A DNA stretch of 64,000 nucleotides from an uncultured Bdellovibrionales bacterium (lineage in GTDB: Bacteria; Bdellovibrionota_C; UBA2361; OMII01): assembly GCA_964413875.1 (NCBI GenBank), contig CAYPUA010000008.1, positions 28,556 through 92,555 of the forward strand, read 5' to 3'. Made by a program: the position numbers and the translations under genes. Positions 55,563 to 64,000 of this stretch are shown here, in pieces (within the stretch, counting starts at the first letter, position 1; each line of letters opens with the position of its first letter). The notes beneath the pieces were generated by a model. It had not been told where the DNA came from, did no database searches, and worked only from the letters and a program-made list of their open reading frames with translations.

Positions 55563-55712
55563 CTTCTCCTCGTCATCCTTCTTCTCATTCTCCTGCACTT
55601 GCACTGGATTCATCGTCCTCACCCGAGTCTTCCGGCACGAGTATCATAGGCAATACCCCGAAATGTCTCGATTATGGGCAGGAGGAAGAAAAGGATTAGG
55701 ATGAAGATGGGA
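55563..55712 (+). repeat. MITE-like inverted-repeat element, copy A (family 3)
   Basis: cttctcctcgtcatccttcttctcattctcctgcacttgcactgg ... ggcaataccccgaaatgtctcgattatgggcaggaggaagaaaaggattaggatgaagatgg; purine/pyrimidine-rich arms are mutually complementary. Confidence 0.6.
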
Positions 55713-55857
55713 TTGCCAACCCCCTTTACTACCCTCTTTGAGACTCCACAGGTTTTCTACAGGGCAGGACTGACTCATTCTCAGCCCCCCGTCTCCGTCC
55801 TTCCATAAGCCACTCAATCAGGGTACTATCCGGGAGCACTTTTTTGGGGGCAACGAT

Positions 55858-56112
55858 ATGGCAAAAATGCCGTGGAGCCGGATACGAGAGGCCTTTGAGG
55901 GCCACTGGGTCGAGATCACCGAGTACGCCTGGAAGCCGGAGTCGATCCACCCGCAAGCTGCCAAGGTGCGCCATCACAGCCCGTGCCGCAAAGAGCTCCT
56001 AGAGCAGATCGCCAAGTCCGGACGCCTCGACGGGTCGGTCGTTCTCTTCGTTGGCCCAGCGTTACCTGGCATTTACACCTCCTCAGCTGCAGCTCACGCC
56101 AGCAACTTCTAA
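55858..56112 (+). CDS. hypothetical small protein
   Basis: 84-aa ORF in an otherwise empty gap upstream of the GH3 gene; no motif recognised. Confidence 0.3.
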   Translation: MAKMPWSRIREAFEGHWVEITEYAWKPESIHPQAAKVRHHSPCRKELLEQIAKSGRLDGSVVLFVGPALPGIYTSSAAAHASNF

Positions 56113-56143
56113 AACCGGGCGACTTCCCGTATCGTAGCGCCTC

Positions 56144-57688
56144 ATGTTCGACGCTACTCCCCTCCTCCGCCTCTACGCCCGCTGGCGCAACGAACGGTTG
56201 CGCACGGCCTCTGCCCGAGAGTTGCAGCAGCAGCAGCTTCGCTGGCTCGTTGAGCGCGCACGCCACACGACCTTCGGAAAGATGTACGACTTCTCGTCAA
56301 TCTCAACGATCGAGGAGTACCAGAAGCGCGTCCCGCTCCGGAAGTACGAGGCTTTCTGGGAGGAGTTCTGGAAAGGCCCCTTCCCCGTCCTCACTGACTG
56401 CACCTGGCCAGGCACGATTCGCTTCTTCCCGGTCAGCTCAGGAACGAGCTCTGGAACGACCAAGTACATCCCGTGCTCAGACGACATGATGCGGTCCAAC
56501 ACCAAGGCCGGGATCGACCTCCTGGTGCACCACGTCACAAACCGGCCGAAGTCAGAGATCCTTGGCGGCAAGAGCTTCATGCTCGGCGGGAGCACTGACC
56601 TCACCGAGCCCTCTCCGGGCATCTTCTTCGGTGACTTGAGCGGCATCGCGGTGAAGACCCTGCCGTGGTGGCTCAAGTCCCGCTACTTCCCGCCAGCGGA
56701 GCTGGCGCTGATTAAGAACTGGGAAGAGAAAGTTGATACCCTCGCTACGCTATCTCTCTCAGAGGACATCCGGATGATCTCAGGTGTTCCAGCGTGGCTC
56801 CTGATCTTTTTCGACAAGCTCGCTTCGCTGAAGCCCGAGAGCGCGGGGAAGCTCGCTCGCATCTACGAGAACATGGAGCTAGTCGTGCACGGGGGCGTGA
56901 ACTTTGCTCCGTACGTGCAGCGCTTCAAGGATGTGCTCGAAGGAAGCCGCGCTGAGCTGCGCGAGGTGTATCCCGCCAGCGAGGGCTTCATCGCCATCGC
57001 TGACCGTGGCTACGGTGACGGCCTCCGCATGAATCTCGACCACGGCATCTTCTACGAGTTCGTGCCGCTTGAGGAGCTTGAAAGCTCTTCGCCAACACGC
57101 CACTGGATCGGAAACGTCGAGCGCGACGTCAACTACGCCGTGGTCATGACTACCTGCGCGGGGCTATGGTCGTACGTGATTGGCGACACAGTTCGCTTCG
57201 TCGACACCGACACGCCTCGGGTGCTCGTCACCGGCCGCACGTCGTACTACCTCTCTGCGTTCGGCGAGCACCTAATCGCCGAGGAGGTCGAAGACGGTGT
57301 TGTCACAGCAGCACATGAAATCGCCGCCGAGATAGCCGACTTCACCGTAGGACCTGTCTTTCCTGAGCGCTCAGGAGAGCTCGGCGGGCACATCTACCTG
57401 GTTGAGTTCGTAGGCGAGAAGCCGGGCACAGAGCAGCTCACACGCTTCGTCGAGGCCCTCGACAAGAAACTCTGCCAACGCAACGAAGACTACGAGTCAC
57501 ACCGCTCAGGCGGCTTTGGTCTCAAGGCCCCGCAGGTCGTGCCGGTGGCGTCTGGCACCTTCGCGGCGTGGATGAAGAAGCGCGGCAAGCTCGGAGGGCA
57601 GAACAAGGTTCCTCGAATTATCACAAATCGGGAGATGCTGGCTGAGCTGATTGAGTTTGCCGGGAGCGAGGGCGGGATCGCGGCTTAG
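56144..57688 (+). CDS. GH3-family acyl-acid amido synthetase-like protein
   Basis: 514 aa; FFPVSSGTSSGTTKYIP adenylation motif and overall bacterial GH3 layout. Confidence 0.8.
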   Translation: MFDATPLLRLYARWRNERLRTASARELQQQQLRWLVERARHTTFGKMYDFSSISTIEEYQKRVPLRKYEAFWEEFWKGPFPVLTDCTWPGTIRFFPVSSGTSSGTTKYIPCSDDMMRSNTKAGIDLLVHHVTNRPKSEILGGKSFMLGGSTDLTEPSPGIFFGDLSGIAVKTLPWWLKSRYFPPAELALIKNWEEKVDTLATLSLSEDIRMISGVPAWLLIFFDKLASLKPESAGKLARIYENMELVVHGGVNFAPYVQRFKDVLEGSRAELREVYPASEGFIAIADRGYGDGLRMNLDHGIFYEFVPLEELESSSPTRHWIGNVERDVNYAVVMTTCAGLWSYVIGDTVRFVDTDTPRVLVTGRTSYYLSAFGEHLIAEEVEDGVVTAAHEIAAEIADFTVGPVFPERSGELGGHIYLVEFVGEKPGTEQLTRFVEALDKKLCQRNEDYESHRSGGFGLKAPQVVPVASGTFAAWMKKRGKLGGQNKVPRIITNREMLAELIEFAGSEGGIAA

Positions 57689-57732
57689 GGGCGCAGAAAG
57701 CCCCTTTAGGCTTTACCGATATCGTGGAGGAG

Positions 57733-57905
57733 TTTCCTCCTCCTCCTCTTTGTCCTGCACCTGCACTGCCTCCTGATCATAATCCAGAAATTCGCGGGGG
57801 TTGCCAGCGATTTTCGTATCGAAATGCCCGGATGATGACGAGGAATCCAGTGCAAGTGCAGGAGAACGAGGAAGAGGAAGGCTAGGAGAAGGATGGAGAA
57901 AAGAA
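57733..57905 (-). repeat. MITE-like inverted-repeat element, copy B (family 3, opposite orientation)
   Basis: Reverse complement reads ...ttctcctgcacttgcactggattcctcgtcatcatccggg...ggcaacccccgcgaatttctggattatgatcaggaggcagtgcaggtgcaggac..., collinear with copy A. Confidence 0.6.
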
Positions 57906-58098
57906 CGGCCTGTTATTTCCCCGTCCAGCAAAGAAGCCGTTTTCCGCAGAGCATGGCGGATTAATTTCGGGGCCGATACCGGAGCCGTTCCCGGCCCCGG
58001 CGCCGATTCGCCGAGCCCGAGAGGAGCTTTGCGCCACCTTTCCGCGTTAGGCACCCACCATTTGCTAGTGACCCCATCCCCCGTCTACAATCCCCCGC

Positions 58099-58836
58099 AT
58101 GTCTTTCGGCGCAGCTGCCTCCATTATCGTGCTTTACCCGTTGCTCCTCTTGGGAGACGGCTGCCTGCTGATTGCGATCGCTGTTGCCAGCACAACGCGC
58201 GGACACGCGCTCCTGTGGGGTGCGTCGTTTGCGCTTTTCCACGCCCTGTACGGCATCCTGGGCGTTGCAATCGTTTCTGAGGCTTCACACTACTCTGAGA
58301 TTCTTGGCGAGATCTTTATGCTCGTCGGCGCGGCGTTTCTGCTCTGGCACTTCGTTCACCACCGCATCCACCACCGCGTTCATGACGACTGCAGCTGCGA
58401 GAACCACCCTGCGACCGTCGTTAGCCCCCTCGCTGTTGTTTCATCCGCTGCAGCTCTCTCGCTACACTCCCTCGCTGGCGGCGCGATTATTCAGAGCTGG
58501 ATACCTGAAGCATCCAGCTCGCAGACGATGTGGCTCCTTGTGGGGGCATCGTGTGTGGTCGGCGCTGCGACATCTGCCATCGTAATGGTTGGCGAGAGGC
58601 AACAGCAATCTATTCTTCGCCTGCTCGACCGGCTGCCGGGAATCGTCGGATTCCTGCTTTCCGCCTTGTGCTTCGCGGTCGTTTTCCACCTCGTTCGCGA
58701 CTTGATCGTATCATCCTCGCTGCTGATGGGAGCTTTTGTGGTCTCCGCAGTGGCTGTGAGCGCCTATGTTGGCTATATCGTGCATGGCAGAGGGCAGCCA
58801 AAAAAACTTGTTACGATCGGTTCTCGCAGGGAGTAG
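58099..58836 (+). CDS. polytopic membrane protein with His-rich loop (putative metal-ion transporter, MntP/DUF204-like)
   Basis: 245 aa, ~6 TM; loop HFVHHRIHHRVHDDCSCENH; family call weak. Confidence 0.35.
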   Translation: MSFGAAASIIVLYPLLLLGDGCLLIAIAVASTTRGHALLWGASFALFHALYGILGVAIVSEASHYSEILGEIFMLVGAAFLLWHFVHHRIHHRVHDDCSCENHPATVVSPLAVVSSAAALSLHSLAGGAIIQSWIPEASSSQTMWLLVGASCVVGAATSAIVMVGERQQQSILRLLDRLPGIVGFLLSALCFAVVFHLVRDLIVSSSLLMGAFVVSAVAVSAYVGYIVHGRGQPKKLVTIGSRRE

Positions 58837-58952
58837 GTAGCCCTTTCTCTCTTTATCTCGGTAGCTTGCGAGGAATGGCGGGGGAGGGTTCCCTCCCGGG
58901 CGGTATTCCTCTACTATCTCGCGACGCCACCAACCATCGGAGCAAGACGCCT

Positions 58953-59885
58953 ATGTCGCCTACTGGCCGCCCTTTCCACCCTTCCAACCTCCTCAAGCAG
59001 GGAGCGTTTTGGGCGGTGCACCTAGGCTGCCTCGGTGTCTTGTGGGTGGGCTTCAGCTGGACGGCTTTCTGGACCTGCCTCGCGCTCTACGCGATCCGCA
59101 TGTTCGGCATCACCGGCGCATACCACCGCTACTTCTCGCACCGCTCGTACGACACCAGCCGGCCGTTTCAGTTCATGCTAGGGTTGCTCGGCACCACTGC
59201 GGCCCAGAAGGGCCCGATCTGGTGGGCTGCGCACCACCGCCACCACCACAAGCACTCCGACACCGAAGAGGATATCCATCCGCCAGGAATTTACGGGCTT
59301 TGGTGGGCGCACGTAGGCTGGGTGCTTAGCTCGCAGTTCGTTGATACCCGTATCGACGGGGCAAAGGACCTCTCGCGTTTCCCGGAACTGCGCTGGCTCG
59401 ACCGATACCACATCCTTCCTCCGGTTGCTCTGCTCACGGCCCTAGCAGCATTCGGCGCAGTTCTTCAGGCGAAGTTCCCTGAGCTAGGCACATCTGCAAT
59501 GCAGATGGTGGTTTGGGGCTTCTGCATCAGCACAACTCTCCTCTACCACGGCACGTTCTGTATCAACTCGCTCGCGCACGTCATAGGGCGCCCGCGCTTC
59601 AAGACCGGCGACGACAGCAAGAACAGCTTCCTGCTCGCGATCATTACGCTCGGCGAAGGTTGGCACAACAACCACCACCGCTACCCAGGTTCAGAACGAC
59701 AAGGGTTCTACTGGTGGGAGCTCGATGTCACTCACTACGTCCTAAAAGCTCTCTCAGCCGTCGGCCTCGTGTGGAACCTGCGCGAGCCCCCGGCTCGAAT
59801 TTACGAGGAGGCTCGAAACGGCTTATCAACGCCGACGCCTGCCAACGACTCAGACCCTCGCGAAGAGCTTCGTAAAGCAGCCTAG
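58953..59885 (+). CDS. acyl-CoA (delta-9-type) fatty-acid desaturase
   Basis: Start moved to MSPTGRPF (ggag 10 nt upstream); His boxes HRYFSH, HHRHHHKHSD, HNNHHRYP. Confidence 0.9.
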   Translation: MSPTGRPFHPSNLLKQGAFWAVHLGCLGVLWVGFSWTAFWTCLALYAIRMFGITGAYHRYFSHRSYDTSRPFQFMLGLLGTTAAQKGPIWWAAHHRHHHKHSDTEEDIHPPGIYGLWWAHVGWVLSSQFVDTRIDGAKDLSRFPELRWLDRYHILPPVALLTALAAFGAVLQAKFPELGTSAMQMVVWGFCISTTLLYHGTFCINSLAHVIGRPRFKTGDDSKNSFLLAIITLGEGWHNNHHRYPGSERQGFYWWELDVTHYVLKALSAVGLVWNLREPPARIYEEARNGLSTPTPANDSDPREELRKAA

Positions 59886-60261
59886 CCCCAATTCGACTAC
59901 TCCCGGAGCCGGAACCGGCTCCGAAAAACTCTCGCGTATCTGGGCAACTAACCGTGCGCAGCATGGAGAAGCCCCAGCTGCCATCGACCTACTGGCGATC
60001 GAGCCATTTCGCTCTGTCGATTAACGGCTATACGAACCGAAGCCGGTGCCGTTCCCGGTGCCGGGAGAGGCAAGTCGAGCGGGCTGTGGGCTGCCGCCCT
60101 ACAACGAGGCTCCCCAGGGCGCCCCAGACCCGGTGTTGCTACCCGCCGAACGTCAATAAACGAGGCTACTTAAGCGTCCCTCAAAATCAAAAAAGATCGC
60201 TCCCAGACCCCCACTCAAATCATCAAAAGTGAGGCGGCTTAAACCACCCCTTACCTGCTCC

Positions 60262-61533
60262 ATGAACATCCTGCTCCTAAATCAAGATTGGTTCGCTACA
60301 GAGCTCCGCTCCTTCGGACACGCCGTGCTCACCTGCGGCGTCACTCCGCAGCTCGATCACCGCTTGAGCTCTTCGGTTGTTGATCTCAAGACGACGCTGG
60401 CGTCACTGCCGAATGGCTTCAAGCCGGACGTAATCGTATGGCACGATGATAGTGCCCCTGTTACCTACATCGGGATCGAGGACGCAGAGGTCCCCACCGT
60501 GTTCTACTCTGTCGACACCCACCACCACTGGGATCTTCACGCACGCCTCGCTCACTGCTTCGACCACGTGCTCGTTGCACAGAAGGACTACCTGCACCAC
60601 TTCGCTCCGTCGGGCACTCCGACCTCATGGTTCCCGCTCTGGGCCCCGCGGTATGTGGAGCCGTCAAAGACAAAGACTATGCCGATGGCGTTTGTAGGCA
60701 CGATGGATGCGCGGCTTAACAGCAAGCGCGTTGAGTTCTTCACAAAGTTGCAGCAAGTCGCGCCGATAACCATCAAGCAGGGGAACTACTGGGAGATCTT
60801 TCCACACGCTGAGATCATTGTGAACCAAACTGTGAAGGGTGACCTAAACTTCCGGGTGTTTGAGTCGATGATGTGCGGCGGCCTGCTCCTGACCGAGCGC
60901 TCCTCGAACGGGCTGCTTGAGATCTTCCATGAGGGGGAGCACCTAGTGACCTACACCGCGGGCGACGTCAGCGATGTAGCCGAGAAGGCCGCCGAGCTTC
61001 TCGCCACTCCTCACCGCATGCACGCCATCGCGGATGCAGGACGGGCAGAGGTGGCAGCGAAGCACACAGCTCTGCACCGCGCGTCAGCACTCAACGAAAT
61101 TCTTTCTGCTGTAACCAAGCGCCAAAAATCGCCGGCGCGGCACATCGCAATGATGATCAACCACGGTCTTGCGTCTGCCATAATGCGAGGCCGAAACGAA
61201 CGCCTCTCGGCCCTAAGCTTACAAGGCTCTGTTGAAAGCGCAGTCAAATCGCTGCGCGAGGGACACATGCCCGATGCAGTCGAATCTGCGCACCTTATTA
61301 GAAGCTACCTGCGTTGGGACGCCGTCACAGGCAGCGGCGAAGGCTCGCGTCTGCTGTTAAGCCACGCCGAGGCGATTCCCTCAAATTACCTCCTCGCTCT
61401 CGCACGGATCCGGAGCTTGCTGAACCGCGGACTACGCGTCGAAGCCGAGACACTGGCCTCATCTATCTCGCCGGATCCCTGCTCGCATGTTTTCAATACG
61501 GCCGAGGAGGCTGTTAGCTTGTTGCTGCGGTGA
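60262..61533 (+). CDS. CgeB-like glycosyltransferase (DUF3880 + GT1-like C-terminal domain)
   Basis: Start at MNILLLNQDW; FVGTMDARLNSKRVEFF; FRVFESMMCGGLLLTERS..LVTY. Confidence 0.55.
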   Translation: MNILLLNQDWFATELRSFGHAVLTCGVTPQLDHRLSSSVVDLKTTLASLPNGFKPDVIVWHDDSAPVTYIGIEDAEVPTVFYSVDTHHHWDLHARLAHCFDHVLVAQKDYLHHFAPSGTPTSWFPLWAPRYVEPSKTKTMPMAFVGTMDARLNSKRVEFFTKLQQVAPITIKQGNYWEIFPHAEIIVNQTVKGDLNFRVFESMMCGGLLLTERSSNGLLEIFHEGEHLVTYTAGDVSDVAEKAAELLATPHRMHAIADAGRAEVAAKHTALHRASALNEILSAVTKRQKSPARHIAMMINHGLASAIMRGRNERLSALSLQGSVESAVKSLREGHMPDAVESAHLIRSYLRWDAVTGSGEGSRLLLSHAEAIPSNYLLALARIRSLLNRGLRVEAETLASSISPDPCSHVFNTAEEAVSLLLR

Positions 61534-61590
61534 TGGCTTAGCCGGCCTCGTAATCCCCTCTTGAGACCGTCGTCTTCCCGCTTTTTTGAG

Positions 61591-61755
61591 CCCTCATCTT
61601 CGTCTGTATCTTTCTCCTGCACCTGCACCTATCTCCTAAATGCTTGTCCGAGCATGTCCACACGACTATCGTCGGCAATCCGAGAAATTTCCTGATTAGG
61701 AACAGGAGCCGGTGCAAGTGCAGGAGGAGGAGAAGGATTAGTATGAAGACAAGGG
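61591..61755 (+). repeat. MITE-like inverted-repeat element, copy C (family 3)
   Basis: cctcatcttcgtctgtatctttctcctgcacctgcacct ... ggcaatccgagaaatttcctgattaggaacaggagccggtgcaagtgcaggaggaggagaaggattagtatgaagacaagg. Confidence 0.6.
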
Positions 61756-61842
61756 GTGCTATCTCCCGCTAGGGCCTGTATTGAGACGACACCTGTTCCC
61801 TATAGGGAGCATGCCCCTCCCTTCTGTGGCGCACAACAAGCG

Positions 61843-62400
61843 CTACCACCCGCTCCGCATAGGTCCCTCGATATCCTCGAAGGTCTTGTTGATAAGCAGG
61901 TTCCCGATGACGTAGTTGCCGCGCTGATTGATTACGTAGATGACGAAAGGCTTCTCTTGCCCCGATGTAGTTTCAAAAGTGCGAAAGATTGCAAGCCCGG
62001 GATTGTTCCCTGCGTCGTGCGTCGGCAGCGTCGATACGGTGTCTGTGAGCCGCGTGAAATCGCTAAAAAACGGGATGAAGCGCGACTTGATAATCGTGTC
62101 GATTACTCCCGTCCCTCGATTCTCGCTCTCAATCGTTGCAGGACTGAGCATGGCACGAAATCTCTCGCCATCGCCGCGCACAAGGAAGCCCACTGCTGTG
62201 TCGACAACCTTGCTGTACTCATCAGCTCTGCCATCCAGCAGCTCATCATCCTCAATCGTGCCCGTCGGCTTCGGTGCTGGGTTGCCGGCTGCTGCGCGGC
62301 ACGGAAATGAAAGGAGCGCCGCCACCATGAGAGTGACTGGAAGCACGGATAATACTAGGCGCGACATCCCTCTAGTGCTGCTTGCAAAAAGTTTCTTCAC
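61843..62400 (-). CDS. hypothetical secreted protein
   Basis: 185 aa; N-terminal signal-like LVLSVLPVTLMVAALLSFPCRAAAG; no family recognised. Confidence 0.4.
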   Translation of the reverse strand: MKKLFASSTRGMSRLVLSVLPVTLMVAALLSFPCRAAAGNPAPKPTGTIEDDELLDGRADEYSKVVDTAVGFLVRGDGERFRAMLSPATIESENRGTGVIDTIIKSRFIPFFSDFTRLTDTVSTLPTHDAGNNPGLAIFRTFETTSGQEKPFVIYVINQRGNYVIGNLLINKTFEDIEGPMRSGW

Positions 62401-62569
62401 CTTGATTCCGTTTAAGGCAGCGCTAGGGCTGCTCGTTTCCTGCGCTTTTTGCGCCTAAAACACTATAGATATGACTAGTGCCTCGTTCAAGGCTGCAACG
62501 TCGTTAGGCGAAAAAACTTTCTAAAAGAGGCGCTAGCGTGGCACACGAAACTACGCCGCAAGATGAGCC

Positions 62570-63976
62570 TCACTCACGCATAACCGCTTGCTCTAGCTTC
62601 CGGCTTTCCTGGTGCTCAACGGTGAAAGCCCCCTGCCCGAACAGCGAGGCGAGCCGAAGCGGCACGGTGAGAGACGCCCGTACCGAGGCGCTCCCTTCGC
62701 TTGAAACCTCCCTGGCAGAGATATCCAGGCAGTGTGCTCCGCCTCCACCGCACGACTCCTGCCGCTGAGCCTGAGGATAGGCTGCTTGCACAGTGCTTGC
62801 TGCGCGCTGGACAGCGCCTGAAAGCTCAACGCCAGAGCCTCCAGAGCGCCACGAAGACTTGGGCAGCAGAACACTACGGACGATGCAACGGCCACCGCTC
62901 CCCGCACAACACTGCGCCGCGCCGTCGCTCGAGAGCATTGCGCCACACGGCCGCTCGGGCGAACGACGGATCCCTGTCTCGAACGCTACACATGGGTCAT
63001 CCGGCTCATTGGTGAGGACTGCATCCGGGCCTGCCGCCTTCGTGAGCACGACTTCAACGCCAGCAGGGACACTGTACTGCGTGCGGTACTGTTCCGCGAG
63101 CTGCCGAGTAGTGCTGCACCGAGACACAGCAGTTGGCTCACTCTCAAGCGCGGGCGGAGAGTGGCGCTGTGCATACTCGCACTGGGGGCTGCCCTGTAGC
63201 AGCGAGTAACTTCCCTGTCTCGCGTGCGGCTTAGCACATGCGGGTAGCGCAGCATCGCTGCAACCCATTCGCCTCTCAACTTGCTCAAGAGACGCTGTCC
63301 TGCAGGATACGTCCGTCACGCTATCGCGCGCTGGATCAAAGCTCACCTCCTCGCACCCCTCCGGAAGCCTCCTCTCATCGACCTGCTGGCACTCCCCGCA
63401 ACCTTTCAGGTGCTCGTGCGCCGCTCCGCTGCACGGAATTTTCCTGCTGATTGGCGCGCATGTTGAAGCTGCATCGGGGTCGAGGGCCCAAAAGGTTGTA
63501 GAGCGCGCGGGTTCCCCGGACTGGAGGCGCTTACGGAGAGCCGCAAGAAATTGAACCGGATCTCGCTCGTACCCATCTGGAGCCTCACGCGAACAGTCGG
63601 TCGCAAACGACTCACGGCTCGCAAGTGTTCGCTCAAGCTCAAGCGACGTGTAGAGGGGCTTCACCGGCACAACACCTGCGCAAATAGCCGGATTAGAGGA
63701 GAGTTCGCAGGAGTATTGCTCTGGAAAGTAAGAGAATGAGGGATAAAAGAGCTCCAAGGAGCCACCCTGCCACGACACCGGCTGCCCGTTTAGGCTTACC
63801 AAGAACACATCAACGAAGACCTGAGCCGCAGCGGGCACGAGCATAACCATCCCGTTGTCACGAAGCTCTTCGTAGTAAGCGCCCCCCTTCTCGTACGGCG
63901 CTCGCGCATTCACCGCGACATCATCCAGGACTGCGCCTCGCACCACGAAGTTCCCGCTCGCTCCCGCTGAAAGCAA
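62570..63976 (-). CDS. hypothetical Cys-rich protein, probably 5'-truncated by the window edge
   Basis: 468-aa ORF from a TTG; reading frame stays open to position 64000; more than 20 Cys in the C-terminal two-thirds. Confidence 0.4.
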   Translation of the reverse strand: MLSAGASGNFVVRGAVLDDVAVNARAPYEKGGAYYEELRDNGMVMLVPAAAQVFVDVFLVSLNGQPVSWQGGSLELFYPSFSYFPEQYSCELSSNPAICAGVVPVKPLYTSLELERTLASRESFATDCSREAPDGYERDPVQFLAALRKRLQSGEPARSTTFWALDPDAASTCAPISRKIPCSGAAHEHLKGCGECQQVDERRLPEGCEEVSFDPARDSVTDVSCRTASLEQVERRMGCSDAALPACAKPHARQGSYSLLQGSPQCEYAQRHSPPALESEPTAVSRCSTTRQLAEQYRTQYSVPAGVEVVLTKAAGPDAVLTNEPDDPCVAFETGIRRSPERPCGAMLSSDGAAQCCAGSGGRCIVRSVLLPKSSWRSGGSGVELSGAVQRAASTVQAAYPQAQRQESCGGGGAHCLDISAREVSSEGSASVRASLTVPLRLASLFGQGAFTVEHQESRKLEQAVMRE

Positions 63977-64000
63977 TCTGCCGCCGAGCCGCTGTTCAGC

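Noticed and set aside
55498-55704. A 68-aa ORF across MITE-like copy A, and likewise 57713-58054 across copy B.
   Set aside because: The predicted peptides are low-complexity (SSSSFFSFSCTCTG; DKEEEEE) and follow the pyrimidine/purine-rich repeat arms. The frame is not conserved between copies.
58530-58952. The 141-codon upstream extension of the desaturase ORF.
   Set aside because: It overlaps the preceding membrane-protein gene in another frame. The desaturase fold and first TM helices begin after MSPTGRPF, which has a ggag upstream.

Overview
This is a visibly GC-rich bacterial chromosomal segment from a diderm organism (outer-membrane barrels, lipoproteins, a PpiD-type periplasmic chaperone). 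I can support about 50 protein genes. I recognised no rRNA, tRNA, CRISPR array, integrase or transposase. All calls come from motif recognition by eye on the supplied translations and DNA; no database search or computation was run.

Gene content, left to right:
- Beta-carbonic anhydrase, sthA and a HAD hydrolase.
- gatCAB, a small co-transcribed ORF and a ppiD-like gene.
- A nuclease-fold hypothetical.
- pgl, tightly coupled to a CHASE2 class III nucleotide cyclase.
- A eukaryote-like RAP/FASTK-type protein.
- An M48 protease and an SH3 protein, then argG.
- A hexokinase-family kinase and nagB, then a small OM barrel.
- A glycosylation island: three GT-C-like membrane glycosyltransferases, a methyltransferase-like/GT2 fusion and an FkbM methyltransferase.
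- anmK (with a decayed copy of its 5' end 1 kb upstream), a GNAT and a nucleotidyltransferase.
- The multihaem cytochrome locus described below, then a TerB-like protein.
- An orphan minimal flagellin with a long structured leader, followed by a type IV minor-pilin/pseudopilin-like operon.
- rsmB/F-like, ITPase, yjbQ and hisS.
- A GH3-family ligase, a His-rich-loop membrane protein, an acyl-CoA desaturase and a CgeB-like glycosyltransferase.
- Two unknown secreted/Cys-rich proteins; the last runs off the window.

The most unusual locus is a translationally coupled six-gene minus-strand operon (33065-45349) plus a divergent multihaem cytochrome gene (45577-46854). The operon links a cNMP-binding FAD/Fe-S oxidoreductase, a His-bearing inner-membrane protein, an FHA-anchored decahaem cytochrome, a tandem GlcG/HbpS-like lipoprotein, an OM beta-barrel and a decahaem cytochrome fused to an LVIVD propeller. 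I read this as a candidate signal-gated trans-envelope electron conduit.

The intergenic DNA is unusually rich in repeats, in at least four families:
- A hairpin-plus-hexamer element.
- Hexamer-phased GGNNCC-type tracts.
- A roughly 150-170 bp MITE-like inverted-repeat element, present in three copies.
- A 160-179 bp tandem repeat.
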